From the NCBI GenBank assembly GCA_964515035.1, contig CAZEUO010000006.1, forward strand, positions 10,103 to 74,102: DNA of 64,000 bases, read 5' to 3'. The DNA comes from an uncultured Planctomycetales bacterium. GTDB lineage: Bacteria; Omnitrophota; Gorgyraeia; Zapsychrales; CAZBRU01. Below are positions 26,564-35,437 of the stretch, in pieces (the first letter of the stretch is position 1; the number at the start of each line of letters is the position of its first letter). Made by a program: the position numbers and the translations under genes. The notes beneath the pieces are model-generated. The model was not told the origin of the DNA. It saw only the letters and a list, made by a program, of their open reading frames with translations, and ran no database searches.

Positions 26564-27289
26564 ATGCCCCAAGTTTCCATCAAGGATCAACTCAAGAAGC
26601 TTGTTGAGCTGCAGGCAATCGATGCCGAACGCTACCGTCATAAAGTAGAATTGGAAGAAAAACCTGCCGCACTTGAGGAGCTTAGAAAAGCGTTTGAAGA
26701 GAAAAAAGTTAATTTAAAAAGCCTTGAGGATCGCTCAAAAACGATCCAAGTTGACCGGAAGTCTAAAGAGCTTGAATTGCAGGCCAAGGAAGGGGAGATT
26801 GCGAAATCGAATGCCCAACTTTCTTTGCTGAAGACCAATAAAGAGTATCAGGCAAAGATGGCAGAAATTGAAAGTTTTAAAGCCGACAAATCCATTATCG
26901 AAGAGAAAATTCTTCTTTTGTACGATAGCGGCGACATTATCAATTCTGAGATCGCAAAAGAAAAAAGTATTTTGGCTGAAGAGGAGAAAAATTATTTAAA
27001 TCAGAAGAAAATCGTCGAAGACGCCGTCAAGGAAATTGAGGAAAAGCTGAAAGTTTTAGAAATGAAACGAAGTCAGGTTTCTCCTGAGATTGATAAGGCA
27101 AATTTAAATCGCTACGAACGGGTTTTAGAAAACAAAAAGGGCCTGGCCATCGTCCCTGTGAAAGGCAATTCGTGCGGGGGATGTTTTATGAATGTCCCCG
27201 AACAGAGCATTAACGAAATTAAAATGCATGACAAGCTGACATTTTGCGAAATGTGCGCCAGGATTCTTTATCTCGAGGATGATCTTTGA
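26564..27289 (+). CDS. COG1579-type zinc-ribbon/coiled-coil protein
   Basis: Long coiled coil then C-terminal CGGCFMNV...CEMCARILY zinc ribbon. Start moved to ATG 26564 with RBS AAAGGAA because the longer ORF overlaps tRNA-Val. Confidence 0.6.
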   Translation: MPQVSIKDQLKKLVELQAIDAERYRHKVELEEKPAALEELRKAFEEKKVNLKSLEDRSKTIQVDRKSKELELQAKEGEIAKSNAQLSLLKTNKEYQAKMAEIESFKADKSIIEEKILLLYDSGDIINSEIAKEKSILAEEEKNYLNQKKIVEDAVKEIEEKLKVLEMKRSQVSPEIDKANLNRYERVLENKKGLAIVPVKGNSCGGCFMNVPEQSINEIKMHDKLTFCEMCARILYLEDDL

Positions 27290-27744
27290 AATCGATCGAG
27301 CTCTTTGTCGATGGGGCTTGCAGCGGAAACCCCGGGGAGGCGGGAATCGGGGTCGTCGTTATCGAAAAAGGCAAAACGATTAAAAACATTTCGCTTTCCA
27401 TCGGTCAAGCGACGAATAATATTGCCGAATATACGGCGCTCATCTTTGGGCTTCAGGAAGCGCTGATTCTCAAAGCTGATAAGGTTCGAGCGAATACCGA
27501 TAGCGAGCTTTTGTACAATCAAATCAACGGTAGTTACAAGATTAAGAACCCGACTTTAAAAGTTCTCGTTGCACAAGTTGAGCATTTATTGAAAGGGTTT
27601 AAGCAGGTAGAAATGAAGCGTGTCCCGCGCGAACAAAATCGAGATGCGGACACGTTGGCAACAAAAGCTATTAAAAAGGAACAAGCCAAGGTAGTCGCCC
27701 CGCTATTCGTAGTCGGGGAGGAAAGTCCGAGCTCCGAAGGATAA
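27286..27744 (+). CDS. rnhA: ribonuclease HI-like protein
   Basis: ELFVDGACSGNPGEAGIGVVV...NNIAEYTALIFGL...NTDSELL...REQNRDADTLA gives the D-E-D-D RNase H fold motifs. Its 3' end overlaps rnpB. Confidence 0.7.
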   Translation: MKSIELFVDGACSGNPGEAGIGVVVIEKGKTIKNISLSIGQATNNIAEYTALIFGLQEALILKADKVRANTDSELLYNQINGSYKIKNPTLKVLVAQVEHLLKGFKQVEMKRVPREQNRDADTLATKAIKKEQAKVVAPLFVVGEESPSSEG

Positions 27745-28082
27745 TGCATCCCGGTAATGCGGGATACTTTTGAGGTCTGTCGCAAGACAGCTTTCGAAAG
27801 GAAGATTAGAGCTACAGTGACGATACCTGGTGCTTATCCCGCTCACGCGGGACAAGTACTGGGGGTGAAACGAGCAATCTCTGCAGGGAGCAAGGCCAAA
27901 TAGGAAAGGATCCCGTACTAATTTTGCTTCACAAAATTAGTGCTGGGACGAAGTTGATCCGCTTCGTCAGGACTTTCGGGTAGGCTGCAAGAATCCGGCG
28001 AGCAATCACCGGAGTTAGTCAAATGACTATCCATCTCGCCTTGAAAAAAATCGAGAGGAACAGAACTCGGCTTACTGGCTTG
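27682..28082 (+). ncRNA. rnpB: RNase P RNA (rnpB), bacterial type A
   Basis: GAGGAAAGTCCGAGCTCC (P4 5' strand), GGGTGAAA, GAGCAAGGCCAAATAGG, GGGTAGGCTGC, and ACAGAACTCGGCTTA (P4 3' strand) match conserved blocks of E. coli M1 RNA in the correct order. P1 pairing caagcca/tggcttg. Confidence 0.8.
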
Positions 28083-28232
28083 TTCAATGAGCACGCGACT
28101 TATGTCGTCCTACGGACGACATAAGTCGCTGTGCGAATGAATCCCAAACATTTTTTGTGAGAAAAATGTTTGGGACCTAAAGTGCAGAAAACTTTTAAAC
28201 GCAATCCAAACGAATAAGAAAGGGTCAATACT

Positions 28233-28979
28233 ATGTCAGGTCATTCAAAGTGGGCAAAAATCAAACACAAGAAGGAAGGGACAGACGCGAAAAGAGGCGC
28301 CGCCTTTTCTAAGGTTATTCGGGAAATTACGGCTGCGGCCAAAGACGGCGGTGGAAATACCGAAACAAATATTCGCTTACGTGCCGCTATTCAAAGAGCC
28401 AAAGGCATCAATATGCCTGTCAATAACGTTGAAAACGCCATTAAAAAAGGAACGGGCGAGCTTCCCGGCGTGACTTATGAGTCGACAAATTTTGAAGGAT
28501 ACGCTCCGGGAGGGGTGGCGCTGTTGATTGAAGTTTTAACAGACAATAAAAATCGTACGACGGCTGAAATCCGCAATATGCTTTCCAAGAAAAACGGCAG
28601 TATGGCCGGCGCGGGAAGTACGGCGTGGATATTTACTAAAAAAGGTTATATCTCTGTCGCTAAAGAAAAGATTCAGGAAGATCAATTGATGGATATTGTC
28701 CTGGAAGCCGGGGCAGAGGATTTAAAATCAGAAGGCGATAGTTATGAAGTGACGACTCCGCCATCCGCCCTTGAAGCCGTGAAAGCGGCGTTGGACGCCA
28801 AAAAAATTCCGATGCAAACAGCCGAAATGACAATGCTTCCCGCTTCCACCGTTAAAGTTGAAGGCGACGCGGCCAAGCAGGTTTTGAGCCTTATGGAAGA
28901 ACTTGAGGAGCATGAAGACGTTCAGGCGGTCTATGCCAATTTTGATATTCCCGATGATGTGCTCGAGAAAGTTTTGTAG
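28233..28979 (+). CDS. yebC: YebC/PmpR family DNA-binding transcriptional regulator
   Basis: MSGHSKWAKIKHKK N-terminus is diagnostic. Confidence 0.9.
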   Translation: MSGHSKWAKIKHKKEGTDAKRGAAFSKVIREITAAAKDGGGNTETNIRLRAAIQRAKGINMPVNNVENAIKKGTGELPGVTYESTNFEGYAPGGVALLIEVLTDNKNRTTAEIRNMLSKKNGSMAGAGSTAWIFTKKGYISVAKEKIQEDQLMDIVLEAGAEDLKSEGDSYEVTTPPSALEAVKAALDAKKIPMQTAEMTMLPASTVKVEGDAAKQVLSLMEELEEHEDVQAVYANFDIPDDVLEKVL

Positions 28980-28982
28980 TCC

Positions 28983-29465
28983 ATGCGAATCCTTGGAATC
29001 GATCCCGGGTTGAGGATTACCGGTTATGGATTGATCGAAAGTGTTCGCTCTAAGGTCAAATTGATTGAAGCCGGAATCATCGAACCCAAAGAAAAAGATT
29101 TGATTCAAAATCGCATCAACGCCATTTACAATAATCTCGATGAGCTGGTTACGGAATACCGGCCGGAGGTCATGGTGTTAGAAAAGCTTTTTACGCATTA
29201 TCGGCACCCCACAACGGCTTGTCTTTTGGGGCATGTTCGTGGGGTTATTTGTTTGTTATGTGCCAGGCATCAGATCAAGCTCGTTGAGCATGGTGTGCGT
29301 CGAATCAGGCAGGCCATGACGGGCCGTGGTGGTGCTTCAAAACTTCAGACGCAGGGGATGGTCGCGCACGTCTTGAATATTGATAAAAACCAATTAACGC
29401 CTGATGCCAGTGACGCGTTGGCATTAGCATTAGGATATGCTCAGCTTAACAGCAACCGATTATGA
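28983..29465 (+). CDS. ruvC: Holliday junction resolvase RuvC
   Basis: MRILGIDPGLRITGYGL. About 160 aa. Precedes ruvA. Confidence 0.9.
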   Translation: MRILGIDPGLRITGYGLIESVRSKVKLIEAGIIEPKEKDLIQNRINAIYNNLDELVTEYRPEVMVLEKLFTHYRHPTTACLLGHVRGVICLLCARHQIKLVEHGVRRIRQAMTGRGGASKLQTQGMVAHVLNIDKNQLTPDASDALALALGYAQLNSNRL

Positions 29466-30091
29466 TTGTTCGAATCCAAGGTAAATTAATTGAGCAAAAC
29501 GAAAACAATTTAGTTGTGAATGTGCAGGGCTTGTCTTACGCGATCAGCGTTCCCCAGTCGGTTTTACAGCGGCTTGACAGCCTGATTGATAAAGACGGAA
29601 ATATTAGTTTAGTTACGTATCATTATTTTCAGATTGATCCGTCGCGCGGTTTTCCGGCGATGATTGGATTTACCAATGAAATTGAGCGGGATTTTTTTGA
29701 GCGGTTTATTACGGTTTCCGGTATTGGGCCGCGGGCAGCTGTCAGGGCGATTAACAAACCGATTTCGGAAATTGCCCAAGCGATTGATTCGGGGGATGTT
29801 GAATTTTTAAGGACGCTTCCCGGAATTGGTATTCAAAGAGCAAAAGAGATTATCGCGAAACTTCAGGGGAAAGTCGGAAAGTTCGGATTGATCAAGGACC
29901 AGACGGGTTTTGTAACACCTAAAAAAGATACCCCGCAATGGCAAGACGAGGCGCTGGCGGTTTTACTGCAGCTGCAATATAAAAAGCCGGAGGCACTCGA
30001 AATGATCCAGAAGGCCCTGGAGCGGTCCAAGGAAATCCACACGACTGAAGATTTGTTAAATGAAATTTATAAACAAAAGGTGAAAAAATAA
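29462..30091 (+). CDS. ruvA: Holliday junction branch-migration protein RuvA
   Basis: MIVRIQGKL... HhH motifs LPGIGIQRAKEI. About 200 aa. Confidence 0.85.
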   Translation: MIVRIQGKLIEQNENNLVVNVQGLSYAISVPQSVLQRLDSLIDKDGNISLVTYHYFQIDPSRGFPAMIGFTNEIERDFFERFITVSGIGPRAAVRAINKPISEIAQAIDSGDVEFLRTLPGIGIQRAKEIIAKLQGKVGKFGLIKDQTGFVTPKKDTPQWQDEALAVLLQLQYKKPEALEMIQKALERSKEIHTTEDLLNEIYKQKVKK

Positions 30092-30762
30092 TGGACGAAT
30101 CGAACACAAGTTATATTCGAAGTATCGTTGAGGCCGTTTTGTTTACGACAGAAAAGCCGGTGATGCTGGATCAAATCAAAGATATCATCGATGGGGCACA
30201 GACAGCTGAAATTCGCGATGTCATCGAGACGATGAAGAAAGAATTTTCACAACAAAAGCGCGGTTTCCTTATCGTCGAGATTGCCGGCGGTTACCAGATT
30301 TTGACCAACCCCGATTTTGCGATGTACGTGAAAAAGTTTTACCGGACCAAGCATAAGGAGAAATTATCAAAGCCCGCCTTAGAAACTCTGGCGATTATTG
30401 CCTACAAACAACCAGTATCGCGTTTGGATATTGAGTTGATTCGCGGTGTGAATTCAGACGGGGTGGTTGTTCATTTGCTCAGCAAAGAATTAATCAAAAT
30501 TGCCGGACGCAAGGATGTGCCCGGGCGGCCGTATCTGTACGGCACGACAAGGCAATTTTTAGAATATTTCGGATTAAAATCGCTGGAAGATCTCCCAAAG
30601 TTAGAAGATTTTTCTTCGCTTCAGGAATTGCCGGAAAATGTGGATGGCCAATCGCAACAGCAGGAGGCATCGGCTGGTCAGGGATCACCTCAAAACAACG
30701 ATGCTCAAAAAGAAACTCAGGAGACAAAAAATGAGTCTGGCGAAACTGCGCAAAAAAATTGA
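30091..30762 (+). CDS. scpB: segregation and condensation protein B (ScpB)
   Basis: IVEAVLFTTEKPVMLDQI...IAGGYQILTNPDF. Acidic C-terminal tail. Confidence 0.8.
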   Translation: MDESNTSYIRSIVEAVLFTTEKPVMLDQIKDIIDGAQTAEIRDVIETMKKEFSQQKRGFLIVEIAGGYQILTNPDFAMYVKKFYRTKHKEKLSKPALETLAIIAYKQPVSRLDIELIRGVNSDGVVVHLLSKELIKIAGRKDVPGRPYLYGTTRQFLEYFGLKSLEDLPKLEDFSSLQELPENVDGQSQQQEASAGQGSPQNNDAQKETQETKNESGETAQKN

Positions 30763-31792
30763 CGCCCTTGATTCAAAAATTATTTCATTGCTGAATGCTC
30801 GTGCCGATTTGAGTTCAAAAATCGGCAAGGAAAAGCTGGCACACAATAAAAGCATTTATTCTCCCGACCGGGAGAAAATGGTTTTGGATCGCGTTAAATC
30901 TTTGAGCAAAGGTTTGCTGTCGAGTGCCGCCGTTGAGTCGATTTATCGCGAGATTATGTCGAGCTCTTTGTCGCTAGAGAAATCTCTCGAGATTGCCTAT
31001 ATGGGGCCCGAAGCGTCTTTCTCAAACCTTGCGGCGCTTAAAAAATTCGGATCACAAGTTCAATACAAACCATGCGGCAGCATTTCGGAAGTATTCCATA
31101 GAGTTGAAAAGGAAGAATGTGATTACGGCGTTGTCCCGATTGAAAATTCAATCGAAGGGGCCGTGACTCACACCTTTGATCTTCTGGTGGATTCGGAATT
31201 GAAGATTTGTTCCCAAGTTTTGCTGGAAATATCGCACAATCTTTTGTCGCGAACGACGATAGATAAGATTAATGCGATTTATTCCAATCCGCAGGTGTTC
31301 GGCCAATGTCGCCAGTGGCTTTTAGCGCATTTGCCTCGCGCGGAACAGGTGGAAGTGTCTTCAACGACCCGCGCGGCTCAAATTGCCTCCGAACGCAAGA
31401 ACTCGGCGTGTATCGCTTCAACCTTGGCGGCGAAGGTATATAAACTCAAGATTGTTAAAAAAGATATCGAAGACAGCCTGCATAACATCACCCGGTTTTT
31501 GGTCATTTCCAAAACCGATGTGGTGCAAACCGGCAAGGACAGGACATCGATTGTATTTTCCATTAAGGATCGGGTCGGCGCCCTGCAGGACATGCTTTCG
31601 CCGTTTCGTAAAAATGGAATTAACCTAACCAAGATTGAATCCCGCCCCTCTAAGCGTAAAGCCTGGGATTATTACTTCTTCGTTGATTTCGAAGGCCACC
31701 GCTTGGATAAAAAGGCGACCCGGGCGTTGTCGCAGCTCGAAGGCAAGTGCAACACTTTGAAGATTCTTGGGTCGTATCCTGTCGTGGAGTAA
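30731..31792 (+). CDS. pheA: bifunctional chorismate mutase / prephenate dehydratase (P-protein) with ACT domain
   Basis: CM helix LRKKIDALDSKIISLLNARADL, then a PDT domain, then C-terminal ACT (TSIVFSIKDRVGALQDML). Start chosen at ATG 30731. Confidence 0.85.
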   Translation: MSLAKLRKKIDALDSKIISLLNARADLSSKIGKEKLAHNKSIYSPDREKMVLDRVKSLSKGLLSSAAVESIYREIMSSSLSLEKSLEIAYMGPEASFSNLAALKKFGSQVQYKPCGSISEVFHRVEKEECDYGVVPIENSIEGAVTHTFDLLVDSELKICSQVLLEISHNLLSRTTIDKINAIYSNPQVFGQCRQWLLAHLPRAEQVEVSSTTRAAQIASERKNSACIASTLAAKVYKLKIVKKDIEDSLHNITRFLVISKTDVVQTGKDRTSIVFSIKDRVGALQDMLSPFRKNGINLTKIESRPSKRKAWDYYFFVDFEGHRLDKKATRALSQLEGKCNTLKILGSYPVVE

Positions 31793-31800
31793 ATCCATTC

Positions 31801-32886
31801 ATGAGAGAAATTGCTAGAAAAAATATTCTTTCGGTCAAACCGTATGTGCCAGGAAAGCCGATTGACGAAGTCAAGCGGGAATTGGGATTGCGCGATGTGA
31901 TCAAGCTCGCGTCGAATGAGAATCCTTTCGGGCCGTCGCCTAAAGTTTTAAAGGCAATCCAGGAATCTGCAGAAACGGTTAACCGTTATCCTGATGGCAA
32001 TTGCCATTATTTGCGCCGGGAATTGGCAAAACAGTTAAGAGTAAATCCGGACCAATTAATTTTTGGAAACGGTTCGGATGAGGTCATTGTCATGGCCACA
32101 CGCGTGTTTGCCGGAGTCGGCGATGAAGTCGTTATGGCAACACCGTCATTTTTGATTTATGAAATCGCCTCCAAAATTTCCGGGGCGACAATTAAAATGG
32201 TGCCGCTAAAGAATTTTCGCTACGATCTGGACGGCATCAAACGTGCGGTGACCCGGAAAACAAAAATCATTTTTATCGGCAATCCCGATAATCCGGCCGG
32301 GACTTACTTGACCCAGAAACAGGTTGAAAATTTATTAAAAAATATCCGCCCCAACATCCTTGTCTTTATCGACGAAGCCTACTTTGAGTTTGTGGACGAA
32401 AAGGATTATCCGGACACGATTCGACTTATCAAAACCTACAAAAATGTTATTACGACGCGAACATTTTCAAAGATGTATGGATTAGCGGGGCTGCGCGTCG
32501 GTTATGGAGTGGCGAATCGGGACGTTATTTCGCTTTTGGATCGCGTCCGAGAACCGTTTAACATCAATTCCGCGGCGCAGGCGGCGGCATTGGCATGCCT
32601 GCGGGACAAAAAATATTATCAAAAGTTATTGAAGGTTATTAATGCACAGCGAAAATACCTGTACCGGCAATTGGAAAGTTTGGACTTATCATTTGTCGAT
32701 AGCGTAACAAATTTTATTCTGGTTGATGTCGCAGGAAATGGTTCAGGCGTTTCAAGATCGTTATTAAAAAAGGGTGTTATCGTGCGGGACATGGGGTATT
32801 GGGGATTGAAAACCTATATCCGCGTAACAATAGGGACGCCGCAGGAAAATCAAAAATTCATTAAAGCTTTAAGGGAGGTATTATGA
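31801..32886 (+). CDS. hisC: histidinol-phosphate / aromatic aminotransferase (class II PLP)
   Basis: KLASNENPFGPSP...TFSKMYGLAGLRVGY (PLP Lys context). Start at ATG 31801. Confidence 0.8.
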   Translation: MREIARKNILSVKPYVPGKPIDEVKRELGLRDVIKLASNENPFGPSPKVLKAIQESAETVNRYPDGNCHYLRRELAKQLRVNPDQLIFGNGSDEVIVMATRVFAGVGDEVVMATPSFLIYEIASKISGATIKMVPLKNFRYDLDGIKRAVTRKTKIIFIGNPDNPAGTYLTQKQVENLLKNIRPNILVFIDEAYFEFVDEKDYPDTIRLIKTYKNVITTRTFSKMYGLAGLRVGYGVANRDVISLLDRVREPFNINSAAQAAALACLRDKKYYQKLLKVINAQRKYLYRQLESLDLSFVDSVTNFILVDVAGNGSGVSRSLLKKGVIVRDMGYWGLKTYIRVTIGTPQENQKFIKALREVL

Positions 32887-33899
32887 TTGTCATTTTGCGT
32901 CACGACGCAACGGAAGAACAGATTAAGCATATCGTTGAAAAAGCAGAAAAGTTAGGATTAAAGGCTCATATTTCACGCGGGGTGGAGAGGACAATTATCG
33001 GCTTTATCGGGCCGGAGGATGTCTTGCGGGTGACGCCCTTGGAGGTTTTTCCCGGCGTTGAAAGTGTCATGCCGGTTTTATCTCCCTACCGACTTGTTTC
33101 GAGGGAATTTAAAAAAGAAAATTCCATTGTTGATTTGGGTAAGGGTGTCAAGATTGGCGGGAATAAGATTATTATAATGGGCGGTCCGTGTTCGATTGAA
33201 GGGAAAGAAAAATTCCATTCGGTTGCCAAAAAGATTAAATCCTCCGGGGCCAACGTACTGCGTGGCGGGGCATTCAAACCCCGCACTTCTCCGTATGATT
33301 TCCAGGGTTTGGGAGAGGAGGGGCTGAAATATTTAAAAGAAGCCGGCGATCAGCTCGGAGTTGTTACCGTAACAGAAGTCATGGACCCGCGGCAGGTCGC
33401 TTTGGTGGCGAAGTATGCCGATGTCTTTCAAATTGGCGCCCGCAATATGCAAAACTTTTCGCTTTTAAAAGAAGTTGGGATGACTAAGAAACCAATCTTA
33501 CTGAAACGCGGCATGAGCGCAACAGTCAAAGATTTGTTGATGTCGGCGGAATATATTCTTTCCGAGGGGAATTTCAGCGTTATGCTTTGCGAACGCGGTA
33601 TCAGGACATTTGAAACAGCAACGAGAAATACGTTAGATATCAATGCCGTCGCGGTCATCAAGGAATTATCACATTTACCCGTTGTCGTTGATCCAAGCCA
33701 TGCGACAGGCAAGTGGGGCTATGTCCCCAGCGCGGCCAAGGCGGCTGTTGCCGCCGGATGCGACGGGCTCATCATTGAAGTTCATGAAAATCCCGAAGAA
33801 GCATTATCGGATGGCGCCCAATCTTTAATTCCAAGCAATTTCAGCCAGCTGCTTCAGGAATTAAAAAGGGTTGCCGTCGCTGTAGACAGGGACATCTAA
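32883..33899 (+). CDS. aroF: 3-deoxy-7-phosphoheptulonate (DAHP) synthase, type I-beta with N-terminal regulatory domain
   Basis: IIMGGPCSIEG...LRGGAFKPRTSPY...GARNMQNF...DPSHATG are KDO8P/DAHP synthase family motifs. Confidence 0.8.
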   Translation: MIVILRHDATEEQIKHIVEKAEKLGLKAHISRGVERTIIGFIGPEDVLRVTPLEVFPGVESVMPVLSPYRLVSREFKKENSIVDLGKGVKIGGNKIIIMGGPCSIEGKEKFHSVAKKIKSSGANVLRGGAFKPRTSPYDFQGLGEEGLKYLKEAGDQLGVVTVTEVMDPRQVALVAKYADVFQIGARNMQNFSLLKEVGMTKKPILLKRGMSATVKDLLMSAEYILSEGNFSVMLCERGIRTFETATRNTLDINAVAVIKELSHLPVVVDPSHATGKWGYVPSAAKAAVAAGCDGLIIEVHENPEEALSDGAQSLIPSNFSQLLQELKRVAVAVDRDI

Positions 33900-33915
33900 G
33901 GAATAGGATAATCAC

Positions 33916-34758
33916 ATGTTTCGTAAAGTTACAATTATTGGAGTTGGACTGATCGGCGGTTCGGTTGGATTGGCCATTAAGAAATACCGCCTGGCCAGGG
34001 AAGTTATTGGTGTTTCTCGTCAACAATCATCATTGACGCAGGCCTTGAAAAGTAAAGCCATTGACAGAGCATCGCATGATATCAAAAGATCCGCGCAGGA
34101 TGCCGATTTTGTTGTCCTGGCAACGCCGGTCAAAGCGACTATTCATTTTCTTTCGACAATCGGAAGGGATTTGCGTCGTGGTGCGTTGGTTACGGATGTC
34201 GGCAGCACCAAATCAGCGATCGTGGAAGCGGCGCAAAAGAATTTGCCGCCGCATGTGCATTTTGTTGGGTCGCATCCTTTAGCGGGTTCTGAAAAAAAAG
34301 GCGCAGCTTTTTCCAGTGCCGAACTTTTTGAACGTGCCGTCTGTCTTATGACGCCGACCGAGAAATCCCAAAAATTTGCCGTTGATAGAATCAAAACCTT
34401 TTGGACGAAAATAGGCGCCAACGTCAAAATTTTATCACCAAGTGAACATGACAAGGCCCTGGCGTATATCAGCCACTTACCGCATTTATTGGCTTATGGC
34501 TTGATCGGGACCGTTCCGCAAGAACACTTGAACTTGGCCTCACAGGGGCTTAAAGATACGACACGCATTGCGGCCTCGGACCCGGAGATATGGCGAGACA
34601 TTTGTTTGACCAACGCCTCACACCTGGTTAAATCTCTCGATGAATTTATCAAGATTCTCTCGATTTATCGTAAGGCCATTGTTTCGCGAGATGAACAAAT
34701 CCTCCTCGAAAATTTCCGGAAATCAAAGAACAAAAGAGATTCCATTGAGCACGGTTAA
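33916..34758 (+). CDS. tyrA: prephenate dehydrogenase
   Basis: Rossmann N-terminus VTIIGVGLIGGSVG. HPLAGSE motif. Confidence 0.75.
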   Translation: MFRKVTIIGVGLIGGSVGLAIKKYRLAREVIGVSRQQSSLTQALKSKAIDRASHDIKRSAQDADFVVLATPVKATIHFLSTIGRDLRRGALVTDVGSTKSAIVEAAQKNLPPHVHFVGSHPLAGSEKKGAAFSSAELFERAVCLMTPTEKSQKFAVDRIKTFWTKIGANVKILSPSEHDKALAYISHLPHLLAYGLIGTVPQEHLNLASQGLKDTTRIAASDPEIWRDICLTNASHLVKSLDEFIKILSIYRKAIVSRDEQILLENFRKSKNKRDSIEHG

Positions 34759-34777
34759 CGCTTCGCGTTCGACGGTT

Positions 34778-35437
34778 GTGATCACAATTGACGGGCCGGC
34801 GGGAGCAGGGAAAAGTACTGTTGCCAGGGCGCTGGCCAAACGTTTGGGTTTTTCTTATCTGGACACGGGTGCAATGTACCGCGCACTGACCTTAAAGGCC
34901 TTGCGGGAAAAAATTAATTTAGAAGATGAAAGCCAATTGGTTGCCTTGGCGAAAAGAACCACTGTTGATATTACAATGGATTCCGCCGGGGTGTTAAAGG
35001 TTCTATTAGATCGTGCGGATGTCAGCGAGGCGATTCGGACTTTGGAAGTTACCAATAGCACTTTTTATATCGCCAGAACTCCGGGGGTTCGTGAGCTGAT
35101 GGTCCAAAGGCAGCGTGAGATTGGCAGTGCAAAAAACGTTGTTGTTGAAGGGCGTGATATCGGAACGGTCGTTTTTCCGAACGCGACGAAAAAGTTTTAT
35201 TTGGATGCGGATTTTACGGAACGGTCAAAACGGCGCATCGATGAATTAAAGGCCAAAGGAAAAGCCGTCGATGAAACGGCACTCGCAAAGGAGCTTCAGG
35301 AGCGCGACACCAAAGACATGACGCGCAATGTCGGAGCGTTAAAAGTTGCCGATGGTGCGATTGTTATTGACTCAACGCATTTAACGGTTGATCAGGTTGT
35401 CGAAAAAATTTTAAGCCACATCAAACACAATGGATAA
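34778..35437 (+). CDS. cmk: cytidylate kinase
   Basis: ITIDGPAGAGKSTVARALAKRLGFSYLDTGAMYRA. Start inferred at in-frame GTG 34778. The annotated ORF extends upstream into tyrA. Confidence 0.8.
   Translation: MITIDGPAGAGKSTVARALAKRLGFSYLDTGAMYRALTLKALREKINLEDESQLVALAKRTTVDITMDSAGVLKVLLDRADVSEAIRTLEVTNSTFYIARTPGVRELMVQRQREIGSAKNVVVEGRDIGTVVFPNATKKFYLDADFTERSKRRIDELKAKGKAVDETALAKELQERDTKDMTRNVGALKVADGAIVIDSTHLTVDQVVEKILSHIKHNG

Noticed and set aside
30638-30730. Upstream extension of pheA (start 30638) giving a 384-aa product
   Set aside because: The extension lies inside scpB in another frame and is not part of the chorismate mutase helix. ATG 30731 begins the conserved CM domain.
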